Shown: positions 25,057-35,915, counted from the first letter of the stretch. The stretch: 64,000 nt of DNA from Candidatus Gottesmanbacteria bacterium RIFCSPHIGHO2_01_FULL_46_14 (GCA_001780895.1 MFJJ01000010.1:898-64897), one strand, 5' to 3'. Notes: a model not told the origin generated them from the sequence alone. Numbers and translations are program-made.

Positions 25057-27942
25057 GTGAAAAAGACTTCCGAAGAGCGTATATTAAACCAGGAGCAAAG
25101 ACAAGCCGTTGAACATGGCGATGGACCGTTGTTGATTGTCGCAGGTGCCGGAACAGGAAAGACAACAGTTGTAACTGAACGCATCAAGCATCTTATTACA
25201 TCTGGAAAAGCTAATCCTCAAGAGATTTTAGGTCTCACGTTTACGGAAAAGGCTGCCCGCGAAATGGAAGAGCGGGTAGACATTGCTCTTCCGTATGGCA
25301 CAACGCAAATGTGGATCTCCACGTTTCACTCATTTTGCGATCGGATTCTTAAAAATGAATCGATTAATATTGGCCTTGATCCGGGATTTACGCTCATGAC
25401 CGAAGCCGAGACGATTATTTTTTTCCGTAAGAATCTCTTCAAATTTGACCTCAAATACTTCCGTCCGCTGGGAAATCCTACCAAGTTTATTGCAGGGATG
25501 ATACAGCATTTTTCAAGACTCAAGGATGAAGATATTAATCCCAAGCAGTATCTAGAATGGGCTAAGACCCAAGTTGGAGAAGAAGGAGAAAGATATCAGG
25601 AATTGGCCGATGCTTATCGATCCTATGAAGAAGTCAAAGTAAAAGAAGGGGTTGCTGATTACTCAGATCTTATTAGTAATACGTTAAAAATATTCAGACT
25701 TCGGAAAAATATTCTCAAACGGTATCAAGAGCAATTTAAATACATTCTGATCGACGAGTTTCAGGATACGAATTTTGCGCAAAATGAACTCGCTATTCTT
25801 CTTGCGGGTCAGCGGAAAAACATTACCGTCGTCGGAGATGATGATCAGGCAATTTATCGTTGGCGTGGGGCGGCGATAAGTAACATTATTCAGTTCAGGA
25901 GTCATTTTCATAAAACGGCAATCGTCGTGCTTACGAAAAATTACCGTTCCACAAAAGAAATACTTGACCGATCGTATGCCCTCATTCAATTGAACAATCC
26001 TGATCGATTGGAAGTGGTTGAAAAGATAGATAAAAAATTGGAAAGCATGAGGAGAACAAACGGGCAACCCATAGAGGTTTTATATGAACAACGGGTCGAG
26101 AACGAAGCCGATGAAGTGGCAAAATCTATTCAGAATTTGAAACTCGAAATGAAAAACGAGTGGAAAAATTATGCGATTTTAGTCAGAGCCAATGTCCATG
26201 CAGAGCCATTTGTCAGAGCGCTTTCGCGACTGGGAATTCCGTATCAATTTTTAGGTCCGGGTCAACTGTTTCGACAGCCGGAAGTAAAAGATCTCATTGC
26301 CTATCTTAACGTCCTTGCTAACTATGAAGACAATGTTGCTATGTATCGGGTGTTGACGATGGATGATATCGGAATTAGTGATCGTGACGTCGCGGTACTT
26401 ATTAATTACGCAAAGAAATTCGGAACATCACTTTTTGAAGCGTGTGAGCAGCTCTCAAGGTCCAGCCACTCTCAAGGCTCGGCCTTAAAGTACCCCAAGG
26501 CCGAGCCTTTTATGGGGCTTGCAAATCTGGTAGCAATGATTACTCGGCACCTGGGACGTATCAAAAAAGAGACGGCCGGACAAATTCTGTATTATTTCCT
26601 CCAAGATACCGGACTGTTACAAAAACTTGGAACGTATAAAACGCCAAGAGACGAGAGGATTGCGACCAATATTGCCAAGTTTTTCAATAAACTTAAAACC
26701 TATGAAGCGGAACACGACGACGCAAGTGTGTATGCGGTTGTTGACTGGATCGATATGGCCATGAAGTTAGGTGAGTCGCCGCTAGCGACCGATACGGATT
26801 GGTCCGGCAATAATGCAGTCAACATTCTCACGATTCACTCATCCAAGGGACTTGAATTTTCCGTTGTGTATCTGGTTAATCTCGTGTCTCAGAGATTTCC
26901 GACGACCCAGCGACGGGAGCAAATTCCGATCCCAGATGCACTTGTCAAAGAGATTTTGCCAAGTGGAGATTTTCATACAGAAGAAGAACGGCGACTTTTT
27001 TATGTAGGGATGACGCGCGCTCGTGATCATTTATTTTTCACTGCGGCTAAATACTATGGCGAAGGCAAGCGGGAGAAAAAGATTTCACCCTTCGTCATTG
27101 ACGCATTAGGAGAATTACCAAGCGTAAAGATACCAAGTGAACAAAAACAACTCACGCTCCTGGATTGGGAGAAGAAAGAAGAGTCAGCAGTTTCAATAGT
27201 CAGGCAACCAATTGATTATGTCTCCTATTCGCAGCTTGATACTTTTAAAACCTGTCCGCTCCAGTATAAGTATCGCTATATTCTTAAAATTCCGGTGCCA
27301 CCGTCAGCCGCTCTTACGTTTGGCGACAGCATGCATCGGACGATGCGCGCATTTTATGAGCTTGTGCAACAGGGAAATGTCCCTACAAAGGATACACTCC
27401 TTCGACTTCTCGACGATCATTGGATTTCATTGGGATATGGGCAGCGTTCGTACGAAGAAAAAATGAAAGTGCACGGGAGGGAATTACTTGCAGAATTTTT
27501 TGAGAAAGGATATGAACCGGGGAAAATTCCAAAGAGTCTAGAGGAGCCATTCAGGATAAAAATTACACCGTTTCTTAAGCTCGGCGGGAAAATCGATCGC
27601 GTTGATGAACTGCCCGACGGAACTATTGAGATTATTGATTACAAAACCGGCCAAGCACCGAAAAACCGCGATGTGAGGGCAGATTCGCAATTAACTGCAT
27701 ACGCACTCGCTGCGACAGACGAGGGAATATACAATAAATCTCCCGAACACGTTATTGTTTCGTTTTACTTTTTTGAAGGACAGGAAAAAATTTTTGCTTC
27801 GCGAACCCGTGCGCAATTGGCAGAGGCGATACAACATATTACCAAAACTGCTGACGAAATCTCGCGAAGTGACTTTAAGCCGACTCCCGGAAAGCATTGT
27901 GATTTTTGTGAGTTTCGCCTCATCTGTGAGGCGTGGCAGTAA
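25057..27942 (+). CDS. UvrD/PcrA-like SF1 helicase fused to a C-terminal PD-(D/E)XK nuclease
   Basis: AGAGTGKT, DEFQDTN, TIHSSKGLEF, YVGMTRA; then SYSQL..CP, GKIDRVD, IIDYKTG, CDFCEF..IC. Confidence 0.92.
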   Translation: MKKTSEERILNQEQRQAVEHGDGPLLIVAGAGTGKTTVVTERIKHLITSGKANPQEILGLTFTEKAAREMEERVDIALPYGTTQMWISTFHSFCDRILKNESINIGLDPGFTLMTEAETIIFFRKNLFKFDLKYFRPLGNPTKFIAGMIQHFSRLKDEDINPKQYLEWAKTQVGEEGERYQELADAYRSYEEVKVKEGVADYSDLISNTLKIFRLRKNILKRYQEQFKYILIDEFQDTNFAQNELAILLAGQRKNITVVGDDDQAIYRWRGAAISNIIQFRSHFHKTAIVVLTKNYRSTKEILDRSYALIQLNNPDRLEVVEKIDKKLESMRRTNGQPIEVLYEQRVENEADEVAKSIQNLKLEMKNEWKNYAILVRANVHAEPFVRALSRLGIPYQFLGPGQLFRQPEVKDLIAYLNVLANYEDNVAMYRVLTMDDIGISDRDVAVLINYAKKFGTSLFEACEQLSRSSHSQGSALKYPKAEPFMGLANLVAMITRHLGRIKKETAGQILYYFLQDTGLLQKLGTYKTPRDERIATNIAKFFNKLKTYEAEHDDASVYAVVDWIDMAMKLGESPLATDTDWSGNNAVNILTIHSSKGLEFSVVYLVNLVSQRFPTTQRREQIPIPDALVKEILPSGDFHTEEERRLFYVGMTRARDHLFFTAAKYYGEGKREKKISPFVIDALGELPSVKIPSEQKQLTLLDWEKKEESAVSIVRQPIDYVSYSQLDTFKTCPLQYKYRYILKIPVPPSAALTFGDSMHRTMRAFYELVQQGNVPTKDTLLRLLDDHWISLGYGQRSYEEKMKVHGRELLAEFFEKGYEPGKIPKSLEEPFRIKITPFLKLGGKIDRVDELPDGTIEIIDYKTGQAPKNRDVRADSQLTAYALAATDEGIYNKSPEHVIVSFYFFEGQEKIFASRTRAQLAEAIQHITKTADEISRSDFKPTPGKHCDFCEFRLICEAWQ
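26474..26509. repeat. intragenic inverted repeat (REP-like)
   Basis: AAGGCTCGGCCTT-N10-AAGGCCGAGCCTT. Confidence 0.75.
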
Positions 27943-27961
27943 TTGGATGTATAATATACCC

Positions 27962-28210
27962 ATGAGTGATAATAATCGGCCATATTTTTTGTGGGATTAT
28001 GATTTGACCGAAGAGGATATTCGGAGGATTTTGCGTGGGGAAAACCGTACGGATAGAATTTGGATTCTATCGCGGATTCTGGAAAGCGCACGGTTTGAAG
28101 ATGTATGGCGATATACGACGCTTTCCGAAGTACGAGAAATGTTTCCCGTATTAAAACTCAAGCAACCCATCCGACAGGCTTGGGAACACGCGTTACACGT
28201 ATGGCAATAA
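27962..28210 (+). CDS. small antitoxin-like partner of AbiEii (DUF6922-like)
   Basis: PYFLWDYD...WILSRILE; TATAAT 6 nt before ATG. Confidence 0.7.
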   Translation: MSDNNRPYFLWDYDLTEEDIRRILRGENRTDRIWILSRILESARFEDVWRYTTLSEVREMFPVLKLKQPIRQAWEHALHVWQ

Positions 28211-28863
28211 ATTATCATTTACAAGATCAATTTTTAGACAAGTTTTTCATGAGCCAGTTCGGGCCGGATTTTTATTTGACCGGCGGGACAGCGCTTGCGC
28301 GATTTTACTTTCACCATCGAGAAAGCATTGACCTGGATTTGTTTACCCAGAATAAAAACACAGACTTTGCTGTATTGAATTTGTTCGTGGAAAAAATCGG
28401 TTTAGCGATAGGACTCAAGACGGTCAAACAGGTGGTTACAAATGCGTTTTTGCAGTATATCTTTGAAGATATTTCCGGTGAAGGCCTGAAGGTAGATATT
28501 GTCAAAGACATTCCGGTGCATTTCGGAGAGTTTAAGCAGGAAGGTATGATAAGGGTAGACTCTCTAGAAAATATCGGAACTAATAAAGTATTAGCTATTT
28601 TTGGAAGGACAGATCACAAAGATTTCATTGATTTGTACTATATCCTTCACCAAACACAATTAACTTTTGATTACCTCGTTTCACTTGCTAAACAAAAAGA
28701 CGTGGGGCTTACGGAGTTTTATCTTGCCAACTCCATCGATCAGCTTCAAACCGCTACCCAGATGCCAGCACTCCTCAGGCCATTAGATGTTGACGTATAC
28801 AAAGCATTTTATAAGCAGATATCAGAAAAGATGCTCTCGAAGCTTAAACCGGAGGACACGTGA
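28201..28863 (+). CDS. AbiEii/AbiGii-family nucleotidyltransferase toxin
   Basis: FYLTGGTALARFYFHHRESIDLDLF, R...KDFIDLY. Confidence 0.88.
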   Translation: MAINYHLQDQFLDKFFMSQFGPDFYLTGGTALARFYFHHRESIDLDLFTQNKNTDFAVLNLFVEKIGLAIGLKTVKQVVTNAFLQYIFEDISGEGLKVDIVKDIPVHFGEFKQEGMIRVDSLENIGTNKVLAIFGRTDHKDFIDLYYILHQTQLTFDYLVSLAKQKDVGLTEFYLANSIDQLQTATQMPALLRPLDVDVYKAFYKQISEKMLSKLKPEDT

Positions 28864-28884
28864 TTTTTCTGGTAGGATAGATTT

Positions 28885-30045
28885 ATGGATCAATCGTCAC
28901 CTCTTCAACCACAGAATGCAGCTCAAGTTCGACCGGTGAATCCAAAAAGGTCGTTGAGACAATTATGGTGGATGGTTGGAGGATTTGTGGTGTTGTGTGT
29001 TGGATTTGTTTCCGGATTCGTGGCCGGAAAAACATTGTACGCACCAAAGTCGACTCTATCTCCAGCGCCCATTGCGTATTCCTCTCCTTTTCCTACCCCC
29101 GATCCGACGACGGGGTGGAAGACATTTTTGAACGGAAATTACAAATATGAATTTAAGTATCCCCAAGATTGGCCAGATATCCCTCTCATTGCTTCCAACC
29201 AAAAGGATGGTTTTCAATTTGCTGGGCAGACCGTATATGCATCTCGAAATTTTCCTAAAGTGCAGCCTCCGCAATTACAGATTGAGGTTTTTAAGAGTGA
29301 AAGAGAATTATCTTCTGATGAGCTTGAGGAGAAAGAGAGTTGTGGATCTCCAGTCTTTACTATCTCCAAAAGGACAGTTGGGGGAGTACCTGCGATAATT
29401 GGAAAGAGATTGGCTTCTCGGGATCCAGGAGCGCCATACTATACTGGACTCCATTACTGCGTACGTGCATATCAAAGCGGGTTTATTTATAGCTTATTGT
29501 GGGAAGAAGGCTCTGATAAAGATAGTGGCGTATTTGATAAAATATTGGGGACGTTTCGGTTTCTCGATACAGTTGTCCCGAGTTCTGTTCCGAATGTAAA
29601 AAATATAAAAGTTTTGAAATATAATCTCCAGTCGGATTGGAAAACAGTACAAGATAAAACTGGGGCGCTTGAAGTAGGATATGATCCGTCGATATCAAAA
29701 GTCAGCGAGCCGGCCGTCGAGAATTCTATAAGTATTTATAAAACGAATAGAATTCTCGGAAGTTTTATGACCGTGAGACTCTTGCCATACGACGGAGGTT
29801 CTCGACATGAGTTTTTATATGTGCAGATTGGTGAAAAACCGGTGAAAGAGGATTTACTCCCCTCATATCATGAACAGGAGTATACATATACTGGTAGATC
29901 GTGTTTATTTCTTATCGGTATAACCATTTCACAATTTCCCACCACGTGGGGGATGTGCGATGCGGGAGGAGGCAAGGCCTTTTTGATTACTTCATACGAT
30001 GATGGCGATTTTGAAAAGACGGCTCAGACAATACGGTTGTTGTAG
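28885..30045 (+). CDS. membrane-anchored surface protein (PsbP-like domains)
   Basis: TM, Pro linker, WKTF....YEFKYPQDW ... FDKILGTFRF. Confidence 0.65.
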   Translation: MDQSSPLQPQNAAQVRPVNPKRSLRQLWWMVGGFVVLCVGFVSGFVAGKTLYAPKSTLSPAPIAYSSPFPTPDPTTGWKTFLNGNYKYEFKYPQDWPDIPLIASNQKDGFQFAGQTVYASRNFPKVQPPQLQIEVFKSERELSSDELEEKESCGSPVFTISKRTVGGVPAIIGKRLASRDPGAPYYTGLHYCVRAYQSGFIYSLLWEEGSDKDSGVFDKILGTFRFLDTVVPSSVPNVKNIKVLKYNLQSDWKTVQDKTGALEVGYDPSISKVSEPAVENSISIYKTNRILGSFMTVRLLPYDGGSRHEFLYVQIGEKPVKEDLLPSYHEQEYTYTGRSCLFLIGITISQFPTTWGMCDAGGGKAFLITSYDDGDFEKTAQTIRLL

Positions 30046-30242
30046 CAAGAAAACGAAGACTGTTTGCCTTACTTGACCACTGTTTGTTTCAGAAGTTTTC
30101 TTTAAACTTCGTAACCCCCTCCGTTCATGAAATTGAGCATGCGACCATTCCGTCTCAGTATACATGGTGGCTTAGTGGGGAAGCTATTTGGGGATTGACA
30201 GAAGTATTTTTATGTGTGTTTAATAAAGTAAATACAGATAGT

Positions 30243-31076
30243 ATGCCGCAATATCTCATCCACCCCAAACACCCTTTGCGTATCTTTGTCTACATTGTTC
30301 TTGTTCTCGGATTTGTTGTAGGCGGATTTTTTACATTTAAAGCCTCTCAAATGTCTACAGAGAGTCGTTCCAAGGCAGCATTGGAATATAAGACCTATGT
30401 AAATTGGGAATTTAATGGAACGGACCCAGAGGGTTGGGTTGGTGAGAATCTCACGAATATAAAAGTTGGCGGCGGGGTTCTAAAGGGTATTGTGGGAGGA
30501 GCAAAGACTTATCCCAAGTTGACACATAAAAAGGTAGCACTCGACCAGGGGAATAAAATGTTTGAGATTTCCATAGCGGTAGCTCCTGCAGTAAAGCCGG
30601 AAAGAGGCCCTACTCCCGCAGTAGAACCATATAAACTTAATGTGATATATGCGGTATCAACTGACGGATTAAAAAGGAAACAATTAGTGATGAAGGGTAG
30701 GCCCAATGGTAAACTTAATAATTTAAAAGCTAAATTTCCTGAAATTGGAAAGTTGAACATTGACAATCTTCAGTTGGAATTTGTGAATGTAAAAAGTGAT
30801 TCTATTATCACAATAGAATCAATAAAGGTAACAGACATAGTAGGAACGAAACCAAGTCCAACACCCACCCCACTGCCTGGTTTAGTAAATTGTGAATCGC
30901 TTTACAAAGAGAAATCATCTTATTTCAAAGGTTGTTCAGATAATGGGTATGCACAGGTCTGTTTTAATCAGTTCACGACAGAATATCAAGGATGTAATAA
31001 GGCAGGCGAAAATACTTGTACACAAAATAATGTTAATGCCGCCAGTAATATTCTTTGTGACTCGTCTCCAATGTAG
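30243..31076 (+). CDS. membrane-anchored surface protein with ESRSKAA motif
   Basis: TM followed by STESRSKAA; Cys-rich C-terminus; TTGACA upstream. Confidence 0.6.
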   Translation: MPQYLIHPKHPLRIFVYIVLVLGFVVGGFFTFKASQMSTESRSKAALEYKTYVNWEFNGTDPEGWVGENLTNIKVGGGVLKGIVGGAKTYPKLTHKKVALDQGNKMFEISIAVAPAVKPERGPTPAVEPYKLNVIYAVSTDGLKRKQLVMKGRPNGKLNNLKAKFPEIGKLNIDNLQLEFVNVKSDSIITIESIKVTDIVGTKPSPTPTPLPGLVNCESLYKEKSSYFKGCSDNGYAQVCFNQFTTEYQGCNKAGENTCTQNNVNAASNILCDSSPM

Positions 31077-31098
31077 CCTGGAGTGAATAATTGAATCA

Positions 31099-31752
31099 GT
31101 GGATACAGTAATGCCTGTTCAGCCGCCGCCGATGGTACCGCCTCAAAAATCTTCTTCCCACCCTGCTCTTTTTATCGCTGGTACTACCTTGCTCGCTATA
31201 GCCATCAGTTACTTGGGCTACCAAAATTGGCAACTCAAACAGCAAGTCAATCGGTTAGACAAACTTGTCCAAGTCGACAACACCCCTCTGTCTTCACCTA
31301 CCGATTCATCCGACCCCACCGCGAGCCAGGCTCCGAATGGTGACCTGGCCAACTGGAAAACATATACAAATAATGATCTGAGAGTAAACTTCAAACATCC
31401 CAGCGGTTGGGTGATAACTGAAACTAGCATCGGAGTTGTTTTATTGAAAGATCCTGACATACGCATGGTAATTGGAGCTTGTCCGGGATACTCATTTTCC
31501 GTTTCAAAATATGATCCGTATTTAAACTATTCACGATTCGATAAGGTGGTTAAATCAGAACTCGATGGCAAATCTACCGAAACTTGGACAAGTAACGACT
31601 CAAAGTGTAAAGAAAAGGTTATCTTTATTAACGCTTTACCCTCCAATGACCTAAAACCCAAATATATAATTTCATTTATATCTAAAAATTCTGACGGCGA
31701 TAAAATTCTTGACCACATCCTCTCCACCTTCAAGTTTACGGCAAATGAGTAG
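31099..31752 (+). CDS. membrane-anchored PsbP-like protein
   Basis: YLGYQNWQLK, NWKTYTN....FKHPSGW, DHILSTFKF. Confidence 0.65.
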   Translation: MDTVMPVQPPPMVPPQKSSSHPALFIAGTTLLAIAISYLGYQNWQLKQQVNRLDKLVQVDNTPLSSPTDSSDPTASQAPNGDLANWKTYTNNDLRVNFKHPSGWVITETSIGVVLLKDPDIRMVIGACPGYSFSVSKYDPYLNYSRFDKVVKSELDGKSTETWTSNDSKCKEKVIFINALPSNDLKPKYIISFISKNSDGDKILDHILSTFKFTANE

Positions 31753-31789
31753 GGTAATCGAGTTCTTCTTCATGGTATACTACCCCCGT

Positions 31790-32149
31790 ATGGGTATAAC
31801 AACAATTTCAGCAACTATTACAAGCCTCGAGAATCCGAAAAATAAAGTCAGCGGAAAGTTTATGGTGGATACTGGTGCAGCATATACAGTGCTTCCACAG
31901 GCGCTTGTTGACAAACTACACCTGAAGCCGGTCAAAACGCAAGAATTTACCTTGGCAGACGGCACAACCGTTGCCCGAAGACTTGGTCATGCAATGGTTG
32001 AGATTGATGGCGACAGAGCTCCGTCTATAGTCGTACTTGGAGAAAGAGATGATTCACCTCTTATCGGAGTAGTGACGCTTGAAAATATGGGACTTATGGT
32101 TGATCCCTTTAAAAGGAAACTTCGCCCCATGAGACTCATGTTGGCCTAA
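31790..32149 (+). CDS. clan AA aspartic protease
   Basis: FMVDTGA, LADG, LIGVVTLE..GL.VDP; TGGTATACT 8 nt before ATG. Confidence 0.85.
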   Translation: MGITTISATITSLENPKNKVSGKFMVDTGAAYTVLPQALVDKLHLKPVKTQEFTLADGTTVARRLGHAMVEIDGDRAPSIVVLGERDDSPLIGVVTLENMGLMVDPFKRKLRPMRLMLA

Positions 32150-32157
32150 ATGGTACG

Positions 32158-32958
32158 TTACCCAGCAACAGGGTAATACCGTGGTGTTCCTCCAAATCCT
32201 TCTTTAAATTTCGTAAACCCTTTCCATTCATGGAACTGTTTAGGGTTTCGTTCATCCCAGACGCCGACAAAGTCAAACTGTTTCATTCCCCGTTTTTTTG
32301 ATAGTTTCAATGCCTCCCAAACGAGAAGAGTCGGAGTGAATAATTTTTTTCCTTGGTGGGTGGCTCCTGCGATCCAATAATAGGAGGTATCCTCCCAAAA
32401 AATGAGAAGTACACCACCATGTTGTGCAAGAAGAATACTTGCATGTTTCTGGGAAAATATTGACCAGAGATCTATTATTCCATAGGTAGTAATACTGCCA
32501 AAAAGCCCGGCTGATTTAGATTTAATTGCAATAAGTTCGTTGATGTTTGCAGATTCTCTTACAATCACCCCATGTTTTTCTGCCCGACGAACAGCCCGTC
32601 GTTTTGCTTCGGAAAATCTGTTAAATATTTCATCTTCGGTAGCTGTTAGATCAACAAGAATAGTTTTTGTCGGCAAAAATGGATTTCCGCCAACGGACGG
32701 AATTTTTTTCCTCCACTCGTCAAACGCCGTCTGGGAAACAACCGCGTCCGGTTCAACGGTAATCCGGCGGATTCGTTTTTCGCGCAATAGTTTATTGAGA
32801 GTATCGGGAGATGGAAGTCTGGTTGGCCGCTGTAGTTTTGCCAATGCCCCATATATGGGAAAGTAGCGGAAGATAATTGTCGATCCGTCTATCTCACTCG
32901 TGTGCCAGCCGAGTTTTTCGATATATGAAATATACAGTGATGATTGTTGCAGCTCCAT
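32158..32958 (-). CDS. FemAB-family peptidoglycan bridge ligase
   Basis: LQQS, TILVDL..E.E, PTLLVWE, FDFVG, GFTKFKEGFGG. Confidence 0.85.
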   Translation of the reverse strand: MELQQSSLYISYIEKLGWHTSEIDGSTIIFRYFPIYGALAKLQRPTRLPSPDTLNKLLREKRIRRITVEPDAVVSQTAFDEWRKKIPSVGGNPFLPTKTILVDLTATEDEIFNRFSEAKRRAVRRAEKHGVIVRESANINELIAIKSKSAGLFGSITTYGIIDLWSIFSQKHASILLAQHGGVLLIFWEDTSYYWIAGATHQGKKLFTPTLLVWEALKLSKKRGMKQFDFVGVWDERNPKQFHEWKGFTKFKEGFGGTPRYYPVAG

Positions 32959-33846
32959 TTATCGCAGCATTTTCAAATATTTCCATCGAATCGTATCGGC
33001 GACCGTATAGATTTTGTAGAGAGCGGGTTTAAGGATGAGGTCATAGGATCCGACAAATTCAATCAAATTTGGATTGAAACCTTGTTTAAATCGATGAAAT
33101 CCATACCAAGGATCATTGGGATCGGGGTCGGGACCGAGTGCACCCCATAGATCAAATTTTTTATATCCTTCCGATTTTCCCCATCGGGCTATTTCCCAAA
33201 GCATAAGGTTTGGCGCCATGACTTCCCGATGATCTCTTGATGAGGCACCATAGGGGTAATACATCGTATCCTTCCAGCAAAAAATAATCCACGAGGCAAG
33301 AATTTGATTTCTATACGTGGCCGTAAACAGTCGGGCGATATCGGGATGAAAATGTTGCCACATTTGCCGGTAATACAAATCGTTGTGCGCATAAAAGTGC
33401 TGGCGTTTAAGCGTTTCATTATTTAAACGCAGAAATGGTCCAAGATTTTCTTCTTCGTTGATCGTTACTTTGTGTTTTTGGGCGACGCGAATGTTGTAGC
33501 GCGTTTTGGGGTGCATGGCTTTTAGTAGTTCTTCTTCAGACTTTGTGAGATCTAAGACAAATGTGTATCTGGAAAACAACGGATGGTGGGAGTGTGGTAG
33601 CAGCTGATCGCCAGAAGTGACATTGGGTTCGATTTGAATACAGAGTGCATTTTTTTCGTTCCCCAATGCTTTTAGTTTTTCTATCATCTCTTTTGTTACG
33701 CTTGGTCCTTTGGGAAAATAGCCGATGGTCCATGGAGTGAGAGGAATTTTGTGGAATGTCAGTTGCCAGTTGCCAATGCGGGCCACGTCGATGCCCATGG
33801 AGCGACGAAATGCTCCCCATGCCGGTGATTGAAGTGGGTGTTGCAT
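32959..33846 (-). CDS. FemAB/FemX-family peptidoglycan bridge ligase
   Basis: HPLQSPAWGAFR, KTRYNIR.A, YPYGAS, GFHRFKQGF. Confidence 0.9.
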   Translation of the reverse strand: MQHPLQSPAWGAFRRSMGIDVARIGNWQLTFHKIPLTPWTIGYFPKGPSVTKEMIEKLKALGNEKNALCIQIEPNVTSGDQLLPHSHHPLFSRYTFVLDLTKSEEELLKAMHPKTRYNIRVAQKHKVTINEEENLGPFLRLNNETLKRQHFYAHNDLYYRQMWQHFHPDIARLFTATYRNQILASWIIFCWKDTMYYPYGASSRDHREVMAPNLMLWEIARWGKSEGYKKFDLWGALGPDPDPNDPWYGFHRFKQGFNPNLIEFVGSYDLILKPALYKIYTVADTIRWKYLKMLR

Positions 33847-33889
33847 ATCCCCTATTATCGTTGGAACTGCCTTGTGTTACAATGGCGCT

Positions 33890-34081
33890 GTGAGTAGGCG
33901 TCGTTCTGATACTCCCATCCCTTGGCTTCCTATTGATAGTCGGTTATTCACTCCTTTCTTGTCGTTTGGCCACGTAAAAGGATGGGCAAGGATTTTTCTC
34001 CAAATAGAAATTTTTCTTTCCGTTGTCACTGTCCTGGGGACAGTACTCTATGGAGTGCTCCTCGTCGTACGCTCTAAATGA
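33890..34081 (+). CDS. small TM hypothetical protein
   Basis: TGTTACAAT 6 nt before GTG 33890; C-terminal TM. Confidence 0.55.
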   Translation: MSRRRSDTPIPWLPIDSRLFTPFLSFGHVKGWARIFLQIEIFLSVVTVLGTVLYGVLLVVRSK

Positions 34082-35915
34082 GCATATCATCGGTATTAAA
34101 TCCGCGATCACTATCGAGGGAAACCTGAAAGTTAAGCGCGTGTTGGGGAATATCAGAGATAAACCGTGATATCATATTTTGTGTCCTTGTCCCAAAGAAA
34201 AGTCGTCTGTTTGCATAGGTGAAGTAGAGCTTTTCTTTTGCTCTGGTGATCCCGACGTAGCACAAACGTCGTTCCTCTTCCAATTCGTCACGTTCCAAAA
34301 GCACGCGGCTGTGTGGAAACAATCCTTCTTCCATTCCAACCATAAAGACGATCGGGAACTCTAATCCTTTTGCTGCATGTAAGGTCATGAGGGTTACGGC
34401 ATTTCTATCGTTGTTACGATGTTGTCGGGGTTGATACTCCCGCTCAACCAGTGCTACGGTTTCTAAGAATTCCTGGAGTTTTGAAAATTCCGTTGCCACA
34501 GATCGAAGTTCTTTAATGTTTTCAAGTCGTGATTGCTCTTCTTCAATGTTGGCGTCGTAAAGCTCAAGATAGCGGGTTGTTTGGAGAATCTGATCAAGAA
34601 GTTCTAGTGTGGTCAGCTCAATAAGTTTGTCATCTTTGGATACGGCATCAGCAAACCCCAAAAATTTTTCCAGTCTCCGTATCCCAAGTTTTTCCACCCG
34701 CCTGTAGGAAACGGTATCTTTGGGATTGGCAATCAAACGGAGATAGGCCAAGACATCCTTGATTTCTTTTCGTTCATAAAATCGGGTGCCGCCAACAAGT
34801 ACATACGGGATACCGGCGTGAAGAAACGTTTCCTCGAGTACTCGCGATTGGGCATTGGTACGGTACAAGATTGCACTATCAGTGAACGGGCGGTTGAATT
34901 GCAAGATCGTCTGAATGAGAAACGTCGCTTCATCGTGTTCGTTTCGTGCTTCGTAGAGAACGATTTGGTCACCGCCGTGTTTATCCGTCCATAATTTGAG
35001 AATTGGGTGAGACGTATTTTTAGAAATGACGCCAAATGCCGCATCAAGAATAGTTTGAGTGGACCGATAGTTTTGTTCTAAGTGAAAAACCTCTACATCA
35101 GGATGGTCTGTTTTGAAATTAACAATATTTCGGTAATCAGCCCCCCGCCAGCGATAAATGCTTTGCGATGCGTCACCCACGACACAAATATTTCGGTGTC
35201 TGGCAGATAAGAGCTTTGTCAACATGTATTGGGCGCGATTGGTGTCCTGGTATTCGTCAACGAGTACATAGCGATACTTTTCTTGATATTTGCCTAATAT
35301 TTGGGGTTCTTTTTCGAACAGTCGAACGGTGAGGCTCAAAAGATCATCAAAGTCAACAGCGGCATTGTCCCGGAGAAGTTGTTGATAAGCCATGTAGACG
35401 GTCGCCACCGTTTTCTGGAAATACCCGCGGGCGTACTGGGGGTATTGGGTGGCCCCAACAAGTTCATTTTTCGCCTGAGATATGGTATGGAGGATGGCGC
35501 CTGGATTGAAGTTTTTTGTCGAAATATCAAGTTTTTTCATGACGTCTTTAATGGCATCGGCTTGATCTTGTTCATCGTAAATGACGAAATTTGGTGCGAG
35601 CCCGATGGCGCCACCATCTGAGCGGAGGATCTTTACGCAAAGAGAATGGAATGTGCCGGCAAAGGGGAGTGAGGAGGTGTCCCCCAGTATTTTTTGTATT
35701 CTCTCCTTCATCGCACCCGCGGCTTTATTGGTAAACGTTACCATGAGAATATCGTCTGGCGATACGTGTTTGTGATTCATGAGATAGGCGACTTTGTAGG
35801 TAAGGACGCGGGTTTTACCGCTCCCGGCTCCGGCAAGAATGAGGATCGGGCCATCAGTTTGTTTGACCGCCTCTTGTTGGGCAGCATTGAGCTCATTGAG
35901 GAGAGAATCGACCAT
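34074..35915 (-). CDS. pcrA: ATP-dependent DNA helicase PcrA/UvrD
   Basis: LAGAGSGKT, DEYQDTN, LEQNYRST, MTLHAAKGLEF, YVGITRA. Confidence 0.93.
   Translation of the reverse strand: MVDSLLNELNAAQQEAVKQTDGPILILAGAGSGKTRVLTYKVAYLMNHKHVSPDDILMVTFTNKAAGAMKERIQKILGDTSSLPFAGTFHSLCVKILRSDGGAIGLAPNFVIYDEQDQADAIKDVMKKLDISTKNFNPGAILHTISQAKNELVGATQYPQYARGYFQKTVATVYMAYQQLLRDNAAVDFDDLLSLTVRLFEKEPQILGKYQEKYRYVLVDEYQDTNRAQYMLTKLLSARHRNICVVGDASQSIYRWRGADYRNIVNFKTDHPDVEVFHLEQNYRSTQTILDAAFGVISKNTSHPILKLWTDKHGGDQIVLYEARNEHDEATFLIQTILQFNRPFTDSAILYRTNAQSRVLEETFLHAGIPYVLVGGTRFYERKEIKDVLAYLRLIANPKDTVSYRRVEKLGIRRLEKFLGFADAVSKDDKLIELTTLELLDQILQTTRYLELYDANIEEEQSRLENIKELRSVATEFSKLQEFLETVALVEREYQPRQHRNNDRNAVTLMTLHAAKGLEFPIVFMVGMEEGLFPHSRVLLERDELEEERRLCYVGITRAKEKLYFTYANRRLFFGTRTQNMISRFISDIPQHALNFQVSLDSDRGFNTDDMLI

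Noticed and set aside
27200-27942. Cas4-like nuclease
   Set aside because: It is the fused C-terminal PD-(D/E)XK domain of a UvrD-like repair helicase, with no CRISPR context.
30046-30170. Minus-strand EGVTKFKENF resembling a FemAB C-terminus
   Set aside because: Only about 10 residues between stop codons; too short to support a pseudogene call.
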